Source: Desulfurococcaceae archaeon (GTDB lineage Archaea > Thermoproteota > Thermoprotei_A > Sulfolobales > Desulfurococcaceae). Taken from it: a DNA stretch of 64,000 nt. Shown piece after piece: positions 1 through 9,467 of this stretch. The stretch is from positions 1-64,000 of the forward strand of contig JAWBAI010000002.1 of assembly GCA_038816475.1 (NCBI GenBank), read 5' to 3'. The position numbers and the translations under genes are program-made. Below the pieces are notes generated by a model. That model did no database searches. It saw only the letters and a program-made list of their open reading frames with translations, and was not told where the DNA came from. The stretch's first letter is position 1, and every line of letters begins with the position of its first letter.

Positions 1-204
1 TCGATCCCAACTGCGGCGGGGTTTGAGGGATTGCCTCCCCCTTTCGGGGTCGGCACCCGCTGTCCCCGCCATTGTAGCCCGCGTGTAGCCCGGGGGATTC
101 GGGGCATGCTGACCTGCCGTGGCCCCCACCTTCCTCCGCCTTAAACGGCGGCAGTCCCCCCAGTGTGCTCCCGCCCCTGAGGGCGGAATAGCAACTGGGG
201 GTGG

Positions 205-237
<33 letters not shown>

Positions 238-243
238 CTCACG

Positions 244-276
<33 letters not shown>

Positions 277-365
277 AGCGCGTCGGGCAAGGCCTTCAGC
301 CTGGCCGTCATCCTGCTGTCTCCCCCGGTAAGATTCCCGGCGTTGACTCCAATTAAACCGCAGGC

Positions 366-400
<35 letters not shown>

Positions 401-510
401 GAGTTTCAGCCTTGCGGCCGTACTCCCCAGGCGGCGGGCTTAACGGCTTCCCTGCGCCACTGGGTGGGCTCTAAGCCCACCCAACAGCTAGCCCGCATCG
501 TTTACAGCCG

Positions 511-575
<65 letters not shown>

Positions 576-897
576 CAGCCGAGCGCCTTCGCCACGGGTG
601 GTCCTCCCGGGATTAACGGATTTCGCCCCTACCCCGGGAGTACCCTCGGCCTCTCCCGCCCCCTAGCCCGGCAGTATCTCCTCCAACCCTCGGGTTAAGC
701 CCGAGGATTTAGGAGGAGACTTACCGGGCCGGCTACGGGCGCTTTAGGCCCAGTAAACACCCCGACCACTCGCGGGGCCGGTATTACCGCGGCGGCTGAC
801 ACCGGACTTGCCCCCCGCTTACTCCCCCGCCTCCTTACAGCGGGGAACAGCCCCCTTATCGGGGGCACTCGGGGTGACCCCGTCACGGTTTCCCGCA

Positions 898-1416
898 TTC
901 CGCTGGAGGTGGCGGGGGTTTAAAGAAACCTTGAGAGAAGCTTAAACCTTTAGGGATCTCGAAGACTAATGCTGTTGATTAAATCCTTAACCTGAGATTC
1001 ACCCATTAAAAAAAGACGCGTAAATGGGTCTACTATTCTCTATCCAAGAGTACATCTATTCTAAGGTTTAAACCCAAGTAAGATGAGACACTCATTGAAG
1101 AAAGATGTGATCTTACCATTACGCATTTTCACAACTATGGATATTGTCCGTGGATGCTTTTTATAGTACCCTCTATCTATTAGCCATCTGATAAAAACTG
1201 ATAAAAACTCTGCATACCTTTCATTCTCAAGAATCCACGATACAAAAGGCAGGTCTTCACTACCATTCCTGGCTCCTATCGGGAACCTTAGTACAAATCT
1301 CTTAAAAGTTCCCACGGCAAGCAACGTGAATTCTGTTCTGTCATTCCTCGGTCTCGTCTCTATTCCATAAAGTAGCTTAATCAACGGTGCATCATAAGAC
1401 CCCCACCAACCTCCAT
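898..1416 (-). mobile_element. Archaeal BHB-type 16S rRNA intron (519 nt) after the position equivalent to E. coli A374
   Basis: Exons rejoin as CCUCCGCAA|UGCGGG; junctions form a BHB: CCGC/GCGG 4-bp helix, 3-nt bulges AA^A and AA^U, intron stem UGGAGG/CCUCCA; AT-rich interior. Confidence 0.93.
940..1384 (-). pseudogene. Decayed LAGLIDADG-type homing endonuclease inside the 16S intron
   Basis: 107-aa ORF 1061-1384 with FLSVFIRWLIDRGY (degenerate LAGLIDADG helix); an endonuclease-like tail (LMGESQVKDLINSISLRDP) follows after stops in another frame. Confidence 0.65.
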
Positions 1417-1424
1417 TTGCGGAG

Positions 1425-1475
<51 letters not shown>

Positions 1476-1476
1476 T

Positions 1477-1509
<33 letters not shown>

Positions 1510-1684
1510 CTTCGGCTTGGCGGGCCGTTACCCCGCCAACTACCTGATGGGCCGTAGCCCCATCCTCGGGCGGCGCGGTGACGATAACCCTCACCGCACC
1601 CTTTCGGAGAAGGACCCTTCCAGGCGCCTTCTCCTATGGGGGATTAGCACCAGTTTCCCGGTGTTATCCCCCTCCCGAGGGCAG

Positions 1685-1719
<35 letters not shown>

Positions 1720-1945
1720 CGCAGCGGCGGAGCGTACGACTCCCATGGCTTAGCCCCACCCCGATAGCGGTCGGGGCCGGCAGGATCAACCGGAGTTGGG
1801 AGTACGGGGCGGCTCGGGCTTCTAGGGCTTGCACGCCCGGGTCCACCCCCGTCGGACCCGAAGTACAGGGGGTAGAAACCCCCCTGACTTCTCGGGTCCC
1901 CACATTGAAGTGTAACGACCCAGAAGATTACTGTATCTTGGGGGG

Positions 1946-1962
1946 TTTAAAAATCTTACGGG
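1946..1962 (-). promoter_or_regulatory. Putative rRNA operon promoter (TATA box TTTTTAAA)
   Basis: TTTTTAAA about 25 nt upstream of a GC-rich, hairpin-rich leader (about 1921-1798) that precedes the 16S 5' end. Confidence 0.65.
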
Positions 1963-1970
1963 TTTCATGG

Positions 1971-2057
1971 ACGTGTACCCGCGGCAGGAGACCGGCTTTT
2001 CACTCACCGGGCTATGCCCGGTGTCGAAGCGATGCCGCCGCCGGGACGCCGCGGGCT
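1971..2057 (-). ncRNA. Putative single-hairpin H/ACA guide sRNA with K-turn
   Basis: Basal stem CCCGCGGC/GCCGCGGG then U-ACA; pocket closed by CCGGC/GCCGG 15 nt from ACA; apical K-turn (UCGA-CACCGGGC...GCCCGGUG-AGU-GA); own TATA-like TATATA at 2083-2088. Confidence 0.65.
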
Positions 2058-2097
2058 ATTAGAAACTATTCATTTACCCAGCTATATAGCTTCAAGA

Positions 2098-2760
2098 TTA
2101 TTCGGATTCAGCAAGCAAGTTCAGTACTTCGGTTAAATCGCTGATGATCGCAACCGGGGTGCACGAAGACACTGAAAACCCACCTAGGCTCTTCCTATCG
2201 ATGTACACGAAGTCTACGCAAGCACTTCTAGAAGCATAGCAATCAACCTCTCTATCTCCAACGTACACGGCTTCCGCGGGTTTAACACCAAGAGACTTAA
2301 TAGCCTGTAGAATCACATCGGGTGCAGGTTTACCCCTTACACCTGGAGCAACCCCGGATATAGCATCAAAGTACCCGAGAACTCCGTAGTAATCAAGGAA
2401 CTCTACGATTCTCTCCAGCGTACTCGAGGAAGCAACAGCCAGGAGAAAACCCTTCTTCTTCAATGCATCCAAGGCTGGTTTAACATCGGGAAAAAGCTTA
2501 ACCATGGTTTTCCAGTGCATCCTAACGATTTCTCTTCTAACCGAGATAAACTCCTTCAGTTTATACTCCGGAACCCCTGGTAGAACAGAGTTCAGAACTA
2601 TGTCCAATGGTTCACCAATGTGCTTTCTAACCTCTAAGGGATCCACGTTAATTCCGGTGATCCTACCAGCCTCTAGAAAAGTCCAAACTATGAAATCTTC
2701 GCTGTCAACCAGTGTTCCATCCAGGTCGAATATAACAGCTCTCTTCCCATGAAGAAGCAA
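2098..2760 (-). CDS. HAD-family hydrolase (phosphoglycolate phosphatase-like, subfamily IA)
   Basis: FDLDGTLVDS motif I, GKPAP, YVGD. Confidence 0.9.
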   Translation of the reverse strand: MLLHGKRAVIFDLDGTLVDSEDFIVWTFLEAGRITGINVDPLEVRKHIGEPLDIVLNSVLPGVPEYKLKEFISVRREIVRMHWKTMVKLFPDVKPALDALKKKGFLLAVASSSTLERIVEFLDYYGVLGYFDAISGVAPGVRGKPAPDVILQAIKSLGVKPAEAVYVGDREVDCYASRSACVDFVYIDRKSLGGFSVSSCTPVAIISDLTEVLNLLAESE

Positions 2761-2763
2761 CGC

Positions 2764-3477
2764 TTAAACACCAAGGTATTTATAGATGAACTCTGCCACA
2801 CCTTTACCACTAGGCTTCGTGAGAACCAGGTTAACAGAGCTCTTGAGCTCATCATCAGCATTCGACACAGCTGCAGACAATCCAAGTACACTGAGGAATG
2901 AAACATCCATTACGCTATCACCTACACCAGCTGCTTCCTCAGGCTTAATTCCGAGCTTCTCGAGAACAAACAGTACAGCTCTTCTCTTGTCAACATCAGC
3001 TTCCCTAACATGTAAAGCATAACCACTATAGTCAACAGTGAACCCTGGATAACGCTGCTCCACGTACTCCCGTAGCTCCCGTACAATGTTTCTCCAGTTA
3101 TCATGGTACTCTTCTCGGAGCTTTAGAGCAAACTCGTAGAGTCTGAAGTAGTTCTGCCAAGTATCCTCAACAAGGTCACCGTAGCGATCTAGAAGTGCTC
3201 TGTAGGGTTCCTTCGCAGGTTTACTCGCTAATGCTACAACCTTGCCCTTCATGTACACGATGCTACCGGATTCCCCAATAGCTACACCATTTAAACCCAG
3301 ATACCTGGAAAGACCCACGACTATCGGTAAAGCATTGCTAGAGACCAAGCAAACAGTAATTCCCCTTCCAACAGCGCTTCTAACAGCTTCAACAGCTTCC
3401 AAATCCAAAGCATAGCTTTTTCTATCAACAGTTAAAGTTCCATCAATATCCAAGAACAACGCCTTGAACCTCCTCAC
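2764..3477 (-). CDS. Archaeal HAD phosphoglycolate phosphatase (TA0175/Cof-type)
   Basis: LDIDGTLT, GDSVMD, AVSNAD, GKGVAE motifs. Confidence 0.85.
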   Translation of the reverse strand: MRRFKALFLDIDGTLTVDRKSYALDLEAVEAVRSAVGRGITVCLVSSNALPIVVGLSRYLGLNGVAIGESGSIVYMKGKVVALASKPAKEPYRALLDRYGDLVEDTWQNYFRLYEFALKLREEYHDNWRNIVRELREYVEQRYPGFTVDYSGYALHVREADVDKRRAVLFVLEKLGIKPEEAAGVGDSVMDVSFLSVLGLSAAVSNADDELKSSVNLVLTKPSGKGVAEFIYKYLGV

Positions 3478-3668
3478 ACTTAAACACCGCTTTTGTTAAC
3501 TGTTATCATAGAGATTAAGATACTAAGGTTAAAAATAGCTTGGATACAACGACCATGCATTCTGTTTCCTACAGAAGTGGAGAAATTAAACATACACATA
3601 ATGTTCATTTTGAAATATAAGGCTATGCTAGTTTACTATGTATTGGTGCTCACGCCGTGGGCAACTAC

Positions 3669-4751
3669 ATGAATTTTGCTTTCATGTGCAGAGAAAAAAC
3701 GAAAGCGATTAACGCTAAAGTAGCCATCATAGGAGCAGGGCCTGCTGGACTCGCTGCTGCTGGTTTCCTGGCATGCGAAGGATACGAAGTCGACGTCTAC
3801 GATAAACAGCCGCTTCCGGGTGGGTTGATGATGTTTGCAATACCACCATGGCGTATACCACCAGAAAGAGTCATAGGTGGAATAGAGAGGCTTAGAGAGG
3901 TCTTCGGAGTTAAGTTTATCACTAAAACCAAGGTCTACTACGGAGAGAGCGCTCACGAAGAAGGAGATACATTAGCTGAGAAGCATGTAAACTTCGAAGA
4001 CGTACTATCAAGCTACGACCTCGTACTAGTAGCTACAGGGACCTGGAATTCAAAGGTACCGAAGATCCCGGGTGTAAGTTCAAAGGGTGTAACAACAGCA
4101 CTTGAATACCTTTACGAGTGGAGAATATACGAACTCGGATACCTGGACAGAAAACCCCTCAGCGGAAAACGAGTTGTAGTAGTAGGTGCTGGATACAGCG
4201 CTATCGATGCAGCCGAGAAAGCTCTCAAAGAAGGATCGGAAGTCTTCATTGTGTACCGCAGAACAATCAAAGAAGCACCTGCAGGAGTCTACGAGGTGGA
4301 GAAGATTAAACGAGAAGGAGCAATCTTCATGGAGCTAGTTTCCCCGTTGGAGATCATAGCTGAGAACAACCATGCGCGCGGTGTGAAATTGCAGAGAATG
4401 AAGCTAGGTCCACCGGATGAAACGGGGAGACCAAGGCCTGAACCCATACCAGGTTCAGAGTTCACGTTGGAAGCTGACCTCGTGGTGTTTGCCACAGGAG
4501 AAACCCCAACACCCCCCGTAAACCCAGTTAACGCGGAGAAAATAGGGTTAAGAGTTAACAAGGATGGAACACTACAGGTCAACCAGATAATGCAGACAAG
4601 CATACCAAAGGTTTTCGCAGCAGGAGATGTTGTACACGGTCCAAGTAGAATAGGGCCTGCTCTGAAAAGCGGGTTGAAGGCATCAAAGTACATGCACAAC
4701 TGGTTTTCAGCTAAAGCGGGTAAAACCCCCAGCTTAACACTGGTGAGATAA
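3669..4751 (+). CDS. GltD/SudA-like FAD-dependent NAD(P)H oxidoreductase lacking the N-terminal Fe-S domain
   Basis: IIGAGPAGLAAA, GGLMMFAIP, GAGYSAIDAA...YRR, FAAGDVVHG; ATG 3669 preferred over GTG 3657. Confidence 0.88.
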   Translation: MNFAFMCREKTKAINAKVAIIGAGPAGLAAAGFLACEGYEVDVYDKQPLPGGLMMFAIPPWRIPPERVIGGIERLREVFGVKFITKTKVYYGESAHEEGDTLAEKHVNFEDVLSSYDLVLVATGTWNSKVPKIPGVSSKGVTTALEYLYEWRIYELGYLDRKPLSGKRVVVVGAGYSAIDAAEKALKEGSEVFIVYRRTIKEAPAGVYEVEKIKREGAIFMELVSPLEIIAENNHARGVKLQRMKLGPPDETGRPRPEPIPGSEFTLEADLVVFATGETPTPPVNPVNAEKIGLRVNKDGTLQVNQIMQTSIPKVFAAGDVVHGPSRIGPALKSGLKASKYMHNWFSAKAGKTPSLTLVR

Positions 4752-5254
4752 TGGACCCGGCACCCAGGTACTTGAGAATAATAGATCTCGGAACATGCAT
4801 AGGCTGCGGAGCATGTGAAGCTGCATGCGAATTCCTACATGGAAGACCATATATCGTAGTTCTCAGAACATCCATTGGACTAGACATCCCTGTCTCGTGT
4901 CTTCACTGCGCTAAAGCACCCTGCATCGAAGCATGCCCTACGGGAGCTATGACGAGGGATCAGCAGGGCGCTGTTTACGTAATACAGAGCAGGTGCATAG
5001 GTTGCATGGCTTGCCTGTACGCATGTCCATTCGGAATACCGGAACTGGAGGCTTCTAGTAAAACAGCAGTTAAATGCCATCTATGTAGCGATCTAAGAAG
5101 ATATGGGCTAGAAGCAGCTTGTAGTGCTATATGTCCAACTGGTGCTATAGTCTACGGAGAAGACCTCCTAGTGTTTCAGCAGGTAAAGATGAGAACAGCG
5201 GAAACCATGGCCAAAGCTAGATTCGAGTACGAGTTCTACGGATCGCGTGGCTAA
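4751..5254 (+). CDS. 4x[4Fe-4S] electron-transfer subunit (HycB/HydN-like)
   Basis: CIGCGACEAAC, CLHCAKAPCIEACP, CIGCMACLYACP, KCHLC...CSAICP. Confidence 0.9.
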   Translation: MDPAPRYLRIIDLGTCIGCGACEAACEFLHGRPYIVVLRTSIGLDIPVSCLHCAKAPCIEACPTGAMTRDQQGAVYVIQSRCIGCMACLYACPFGIPELEASSKTAVKCHLCSDLRRYGLEAACSAICPTGAIVYGEDLLVFQQVKMRTAETMAKARFEYEFYGSRG

Positions 5255-5256
5255 GC

Positions 5257-6759
5257 ATGGTTATTCAACTAGTTTTCATAGCATTAACCTCTCTCATGCT
5301 TATTACCATAAGCCACTACTCTGACAGAAAAGAACTGGTATTTACACTGAAAACTTCCGGGTACATACTTCTTGGTCTACTTGTATGCCTATTGCACCTT
5401 CAGGGATTAATAGATGAAACATCAACGATACTTGGTCTAGCTTTTACTTTTCTCTCTTATCTAATATCGCTATACTCCGCGGAATACACTTCTATACTCG
5501 GATATGAGAAGCCTTTCGAGGTATCTATGGAGTTCTTTCTGATAACCATTGTTTTAACATACGTAGCTCCCACTTTTCTCCTCTTTGTAGTAGCCTGGAC
5601 ACTATCGGAGTTACTTGGATTCATAGTCATAAGAAAGGGAGAAGAACACTCCTTAGAGGGTCCTTTAACATCATCCAGAGGCTTCATACTTACATCAACA
5701 TTGACCTACGAGATATCGATCTTTACTCTCATAGCTTTAGCCTTCATGATTACCGTTGGTAATCTAGGTTTATCCATGCTGAACACACCATTCAACAGTA
5801 TGCAGGTTTTCCTCGAAGTACCTATTTACATCATGCCGTTAATCCTGATTGGTTTTATAGCGAAGACAGCGAATATTCCACTTCATTTTTGGCTTCCGAG
5901 CGCACACTCTAGTGCTCCATCACCTGGATCTGCTGCGCTTAGTGGTTTAATGGTGTCCCTAGGGTACTATGGTCTTTACAGAATCCTTGGAATTGCTAAG
6001 ATTGATCACCAAAGAGAGATTATTGCTTACGCATTTCTTGTTCTCGCTTTATTCACGTTATTCTACGGTGGACTGCAGTCCATTAACCAACGTGATGTAA
6101 AGAAAATGCTGGCTTACTCGACAATTGCAACCAATGGCTACGTTTCACTTCTATTCGCAATGCACGTGTTCTACCCCAGTACAGTAACATGGTGGGCTTT
6201 CATACTGGGTATACTAATGCACGCAGCATACAAAACAACGCTTTTCTGCGAAGCAGGCCTCATAGAGATAGCCTACGGAACCAGGTACATTCATGGAGTA
6301 CGAGGAATAATCAAAGATATGCCGTTATCCACCTTTGGAGGAGTACTTGCCACTCTATCTCTTCTCGGGCTACCTGGAACCGTTGGATTCCTCTCGAAAC
6401 TACTAGCATTCCTGGTAGCTTTGACGCTCATTACCATGAATACTTTCTTCTCCATGTTAACTGTAATCTCGATAATGTCCTACGTTATTCTATCTGCACT
6501 TATAGCACTTAGATACGCGAGAGTGTACTTTGGAGCTAGCTCATTTAAAACCCTCACAAGTACTAGAACAATCCCGAGAGGCATTCAAACCCCGGTTATG
6601 CTTATGGGCTTAACGAACTCGGCGTTTGCTCTCCTCGCTTTGCAACAGTTCAGCTTAGAAACAGGATTACTGCTGATAGCAGCATTGGCTTTTTCCATAA
6701 TGGCTCTTTACATTGTTTACAGTTACTTTAAAGCTTACAGTGTGAGAGTGACATCATGA
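5257..6759 (+). CDS. Antiporter-like membrane subunit of group 4 hydrogenase (HyfB/NuoL/MrpA family)
   Basis: KTANIPLHFWLPSAH, DVKKMLAYST, HAAYK, PGTVGFLSK; polytopic. Confidence 0.88.
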   Translation: MVIQLVFIALTSLMLITISHYSDRKELVFTLKTSGYILLGLLVCLLHLQGLIDETSTILGLAFTFLSYLISLYSAEYTSILGYEKPFEVSMEFFLITIVLTYVAPTFLLFVVAWTLSELLGFIVIRKGEEHSLEGPLTSSRGFILTSTLTYEISIFTLIALAFMITVGNLGLSMLNTPFNSMQVFLEVPIYIMPLILIGFIAKTANIPLHFWLPSAHSSAPSPGSAALSGLMVSLGYYGLYRILGIAKIDHQREIIAYAFLVLALFTLFYGGLQSINQRDVKKMLAYSTIATNGYVSLLFAMHVFYPSTVTWWAFILGILMHAAYKTTLFCEAGLIEIAYGTRYIHGVRGIIKDMPLSTFGGVLATLSLLGLPGTVGFLSKLLAFLVALTLITMNTFFSMLTVISIMSYVILSALIALRYARVYFGASSFKTLTSTRTIPRGIQTPVMLMGLTNSAFALLALQQFSLETGLLLIAALAFSIMALYIVYSYFKAYSVRVTS

Positions 6760-8291
6760 GCGCTCTCATCGCGAAGATAATCTACGCAGCTGCTTTACTC
6801 ATCTTAATCCTCGCAGGATCCATTGTAGTGGATGCAAAGCGACGCTTAAGCAAAGTTCTCAGAATTATAGGCTTTGCTGTTGCTCCACTAGTATTCTACG
6901 GAACAGGGTATATCAAACTAGTTAATTTTCAAGTACTACTAACAACTGTTGCTGGATTAACCGCTGTAGCGATTAGCATGCATGCTGAAGGATACTACAG
7001 GTACATGTACGGAGCCTTTAGATATTACCAGGCTGTCATAGATACTTGTCTAGCTCTACTAATATTACTGTTTACAAGTACATACTTAGCAGAGCTACTC
7101 GTTTACTGGTTCTTACTAGACCTGCTAATAGTTCTAGCAGCACTTACGTTGGAATACGGGCCGGAGAACCTGCATGTATCTGCTACGTATCTCGTAATGT
7201 GCATAGCACCAAGTGATGCAGCTGTTCTAACAATGTTTTCATTAATAGCTCTAAGAAAAGGAGTAGAACAAGCCTTAATGACCCCTATAGCTGTGAGCGA
7301 GCCACTGCTAGGTCTGGATCCAGCTGTATCTCTAGTGATTACCTTCGGATTCGTTACAAAGCTGGGTCAGTTTCCATTACACTCGTGGTTACCAAAAGTG
7401 TATGGAGAAGCCCCGATTCACATCTCAGCGATGCTTAGTAGTATTGTCTCTAAACTCGGGATATACGGGTTACTCATAGCAACCCGAGTTTTCGCTTTAA
7501 ACCCGGTTGCTTTCTACGTTGCACTATTCCAAGGCATTATAACAGTTGCTTATGGTTCACTAGCAGCCGTAATACAAAGTAATGTCAAGAAACTACTTGC
7601 GTATAGCTCAATGGCATACGGTGGTGTTATCGTAGCGTTGTTTGCATACTACAGTATTTGGCCAAACGAGTTGCTCTACTATGTGTTACTGCTGGTCGTA
7701 GTTTTCCACGTCATTGTTAAAGCATTAGCTTTTGTAAATGTAGCCTACGTATACCAGATTGCTAACACCTACGATGTATACCAGCTCGGCTATTTGTACT
7801 ACGTCTCAAGAGAAATGAGCTTCTACGCTTTCACAGCATTACTTAACCTACTTGGAGCACCTCCATCCATAGGCTTTCTCGTTAAGACTGCTCTCATAGC
7901 GTCTGCTCTCCTGGTGATCGGAACAGGGTTACAGGCACTAATCATTCTCGCCGCATTCTCTATGTTCGCCGTTTTCTCTGTTGCCTACAGTGCTAAGTTC
8001 ATAAACGTTTACATATCGAAGATTCCACGTGTAGCTCCTAGACCACTACCGATTCCAGCCGAAATACTGTACTCAGAAGCTTTTCTATCCATTATTACTG
8101 TGCTAACTCCAGCGCCTTTCATAGTTTATCTCCTACTAATAGGTCCTCCTTACACAGCTGTATCGATATCCATGATGATCATGTATACTATTCTACTGCC
8201 AACGTACTTGTACATCTTAAAGAAAGAGGTGTTTACCAGGAGGCCCTTTAGAGAAGACATTAAATACTGGTTATCAGGTGTTGAGATGTGA
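6756..8291 (+). CDS. Second antiporter-like membrane subunit (HyfB/HyfF/NuoM family)
   Basis: KLGQFPLHSWLP, KKLLAYSS, HVIVK, PPSIGFLVK. Confidence 0.88.
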   Translation: MSALIAKIIYAAALLILILAGSIVVDAKRRLSKVLRIIGFAVAPLVFYGTGYIKLVNFQVLLTTVAGLTAVAISMHAEGYYRYMYGAFRYYQAVIDTCLALLILLFTSTYLAELLVYWFLLDLLIVLAALTLEYGPENLHVSATYLVMCIAPSDAAVLTMFSLIALRKGVEQALMTPIAVSEPLLGLDPAVSLVITFGFVTKLGQFPLHSWLPKVYGEAPIHISAMLSSIVSKLGIYGLLIATRVFALNPVAFYVALFQGIITVAYGSLAAVIQSNVKKLLAYSSMAYGGVIVALFAYYSIWPNELLYYVLLLVVVFHVIVKALAFVNVAYVYQIANTYDVYQLGYLYYVSREMSFYAFTALLNLLGAPPSIGFLVKTALIASALLVIGTGLQALIILAAFSMFAVFSVAYSAKFINVYISKIPRVAPRPLPIPAEILYSEAFLSIITVLTPAPFIVYLLLIGPPYTAVSISMMIMYTILLPTYLYILKKEVFTRRPFREDIKYWLSGVEM

Positions 8292-8572
8292 GTGCCAGAT
8301 CTACGACTGTTAGGTGGTTTGAGAGACTAATAGAAGATGCAAAGAGACGTCTATCACCATCACCTAGTAAACGCTTATCAGCTAATACGATACTTGAATG
8401 GTCTGTTAAGCTTGGAGACGTTGTTTTCCCCCGTTTGGTGCACGTAGGCGAGGTTGTTGCCAGAGGTATTAACAGGCTACAAATAACGATGCTTGAATCC
8501 ATGCTACTTGCCTCTCTATGGTTCGGCGTTATCTGCATTATGGTACTGCTTGTATTAATCTTCACGGGATGA
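8288..8572 (+). CDS. Small membrane subunit (amphipathic segment plus C-terminal TM helix)
   Basis: 4-nt overlap with upstream gene inside the operon; hydrophobic C-terminus. Confidence 0.7.
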   Translation: MSARSTTVRWFERLIEDAKRRLSPSPSKRLSANTILEWSVKLGDVVFPRLVHVGEVVARGINRLQITMLESMLLASLWFGVICIMVLLVLIFTG

Positions 8573-8576
8573 TAGC

Positions 8577-9467
8577 TTGGAATTCGCAGTTGTAGCTACT
8601 GCTCTAGCGCTTGTATCAGGATTGCTCATACCCGTTTTACTGGATGGTGTTGAGAGAAAGCTAAAGGCTACACTTCAGAGCAGAATAGGTCCACCAATTG
8701 TTCAAACCTTCTACGATATCTTGAAGCTACTTGTCAAGGAGTATAAGCCTTTGCACACAGAGTCTTACATTATTTACATACTACTATCGTTCCTGCTGGT
8801 ATCCATAACGTCGCTCGCTCTCTCACTACTCTATTCTTTAACCAGTTATACTTTGTACATCATCTATGCTTCCACGTTGTTTGCCTTATCTACAGCGCTC
8901 TTTGTATCAATACCTTTGCTTGTGCCAAATCCATTTAGCCAAATAGGTGCTTGGAGAGAGATTATGATCGCTCTCCTCAATGAAGTCGCCTTCCTCTTAT
9001 CAATAGCCCTTAGCATAGTAACGCTTGAAACGGGATTACACTGGCCTCCGGACTTATCGGTTCTTGGAGCAATCCTAGTCCTACTCATGCTTTTCATATC
9101 AGGCTACATAGCTACTGGTAGACCTCCGTTCGACATTGCAGAGGCTGAACCTGAGCTAGCCTCAGGAGTCTTCGTGGAATTCTCTGGTCCAATGCTAGCG
9201 TTAAACGCGTACTCGCTTCTGCTGAAAAGACTAGTTGTTAAAGTCATTATAGCCTCTCTTCTCGTCAACTTGTTGAAAACAAGCAATCCTTTGATATCGC
9301 TTGCATTGGTTTATCTACTTGTCTTGGTCCTGTGGATAGTGTTCACCGTTGTGTCCGTTCTTCTGGGTAGAACAAGAGTGGACGTTGGTTTTTCCACACT
9401 AGCAAAGATTTATATACCGCTAATAGCATCTATTATAACAGTGTTATTGGTGAATGCTTATGTCTAA
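8577..9467 (+). CDS. Hydrogenase membrane subunit HycD/NuoH family
   Basis: GVERKLKATLQSRIGPP, RPPFDIAEAEPELASG. Confidence 0.92.
   Translation: MEFAVVATALALVSGLLIPVLLDGVERKLKATLQSRIGPPIVQTFYDILKLLVKEYKPLHTESYIIYILLSFLLVSITSLALSLLYSLTSYTLYIIYASTLFALSTALFVSIPLLVPNPFSQIGAWREIMIALLNEVAFLLSIALSIVTLETGLHWPPDLSVLGAILVLLMLFISGYIATGRPPFDIAEAEPELASGVFVEFSGPMLALNAYSLLLKRLVVKVIIASLLVNLLKTSNPLISLALVYLLVLVLWIVFTVVSVLLGRTRVDVGFSTLAKIYIPLIASIITVLLVNAYV

Noticed and set aside
898-1416. Intron ORF completed across the circularisation junction
   Set aside because: The frame is open across the junction but meets TAA a few codons upstream with no start codon
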